A DNA stretch of 64,000 nucleotides from Chiloscyllium plagiosum (taxonomy: Eukaryota), in assembly GCF_004010195.1 (NCBI RefSeq), contig NC_057718.1, positions 100,634,411 through 100,698,410 of the forward strand. Reading direction: 5' to 3'. Positions 63,060 to 64,000 of this stretch are shown piece after piece (position 1 is the stretch's first letter; the number at the start of each line of letters is the position of its first letter). The translations under genes were made by a program, and so were the position numbers. The notes under the pieces are model-generated. The model saw only the letters and a list, made by a program, of their open reading frames with translations, was not told where the DNA came from and made no database searches.

Positions 63060-64000
63060 CTTTTGGAAAAGAAGGATACAGTTATAAAACAAGTAATTAG
63101 GAAGCCAAATGGAATTTTGTCATTTATTGCTAAAGGGATTGAGTTTAAAAGCAGGAAGGTTTTTTTTAAGATTCCCTACTGTGTGGAAACAGGCCTTCGG
63201 CCCAACCAGTCCACACCGACCCTCCTAAGAGCAACCCACCCAGACCCATTTCCCTCTGACTAATGCACCTAACACTATGGACAATTTATCATGGCCAATT
63301 CACCTAACCTGCAAATCTTTGGACTGTGGGAGGAACCCGAAGCACCCGGAGGAAACCCACGGAGACAGGGGGAGAATGTGTAAACTCCACACAGAGTCGC
63401 CCGAGGCTGGAATCGAACCTGGGACCCTGGTGCTGTGAGAAGCAGTGCTAACCACTGAGCCCGTACCGTCCCATATTGCACTTGTATGGGGTGCTGGTAA
63501 GGCTACATCTGGAGTACTGTGTACAGTTTTGGGCTCTTACTTGAGAAAGGATGTAATGCCACTGGAGGGGGTGCAGAGGAGGCTTACTCGGTTGATTTCA
63601 GAGAAGAGGGAGTTGGCTTATGAGGAGAGACTGAGTAGACTGGGATTATATTCATTGGAATTCAGAAGAATAAGAGGGCATCTTATAGAAACATATAAAA
63701 TTATAAAGGGAATGGTTAAGATAGAAGTAGAGAGGATGTTTCCACTGGTGGTGAAACTACAACAAGTGGGCATAGCATCAAGATTAGAGGGAGCAGATTT
63801 AGGACTGAATTGAGAAGGAACTGCTCCAGAGGGTTATAAATCTATGGAATTACTTGCCCAGTGACGTAGTTGACGCTACTTCAGTAAATGTTTTGAAAGC
63901 TAAGATGGAATTTTTTTAAGCAATAAAGGAGTTAAGGGATACGGTGAGAGCACGGGTAAGTGGATCTGACTCCACAAAAAGATCCGCCCTGATCTTACTG
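63060..64000 (+). mobile_element. CR1 3' fragment interrupted by an HE1 SINE (-, 63168-63472)
   Basis: RKPNGILSFIAKGIEFKSR | SINE | ...LEGVQRRLTRLISE...LYSLEFRRIRGHLIETYKII. Confidence 0.88.

Noticed and set aside
1..64000. Prokaryotic-style systems (CRISPR array, operon, defence island)
   Set aside because: The sequence is a spliced vertebrate gene with SINEs and LINEs. No regularly spaced repeat-spacer array or operon-like ORF density was seen.

Overview
This window is eukaryotic (vertebrate) genomic DNA. The repeat content (HE1-type V-SINEs with (TAATC)n tails, HER1/CR1 LINEs, Deu-domain SINEs) points to a cartilaginous fish, probably a shark; this is an inference. The only host gene is the 3' part of ESF1 (nucleolar pre-rRNA processing factor) on the minus strand. 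Ten coding exons were reconstructed by hand from 58202 down to the TAG at 4167. All introns are GT-AG with matching phases, giving 1482 nt = 493 aa + stop; the 5' exons lie beyond the right edge. The introns are a dense patchwork of decayed retroelements: many CR1 fragments, one full-extent L1 bounded by a target-site duplication (TSD) and carrying nested insertions, Penelope-like elements, L2 and SINE remnants, and Tigger-like MITEs. Almost all ORFs in the supplied track are TE debris or noise. The most notable non-coding signal is a set of about ten short Penelope-derived units carrying minimal type I hammerhead-ribozyme cores (CUGANGA-stem II-GAAA-palindromic stem III-UH). They fall into several sequence families whose helices co-vary. 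Several are inserted as stand-alone ~130-bp units with their own TSDs, and some lie on the ESF1 transcribed strand. Hammerheads in Penelope-like elements are a known phenomenon; activity of these copies is untested.
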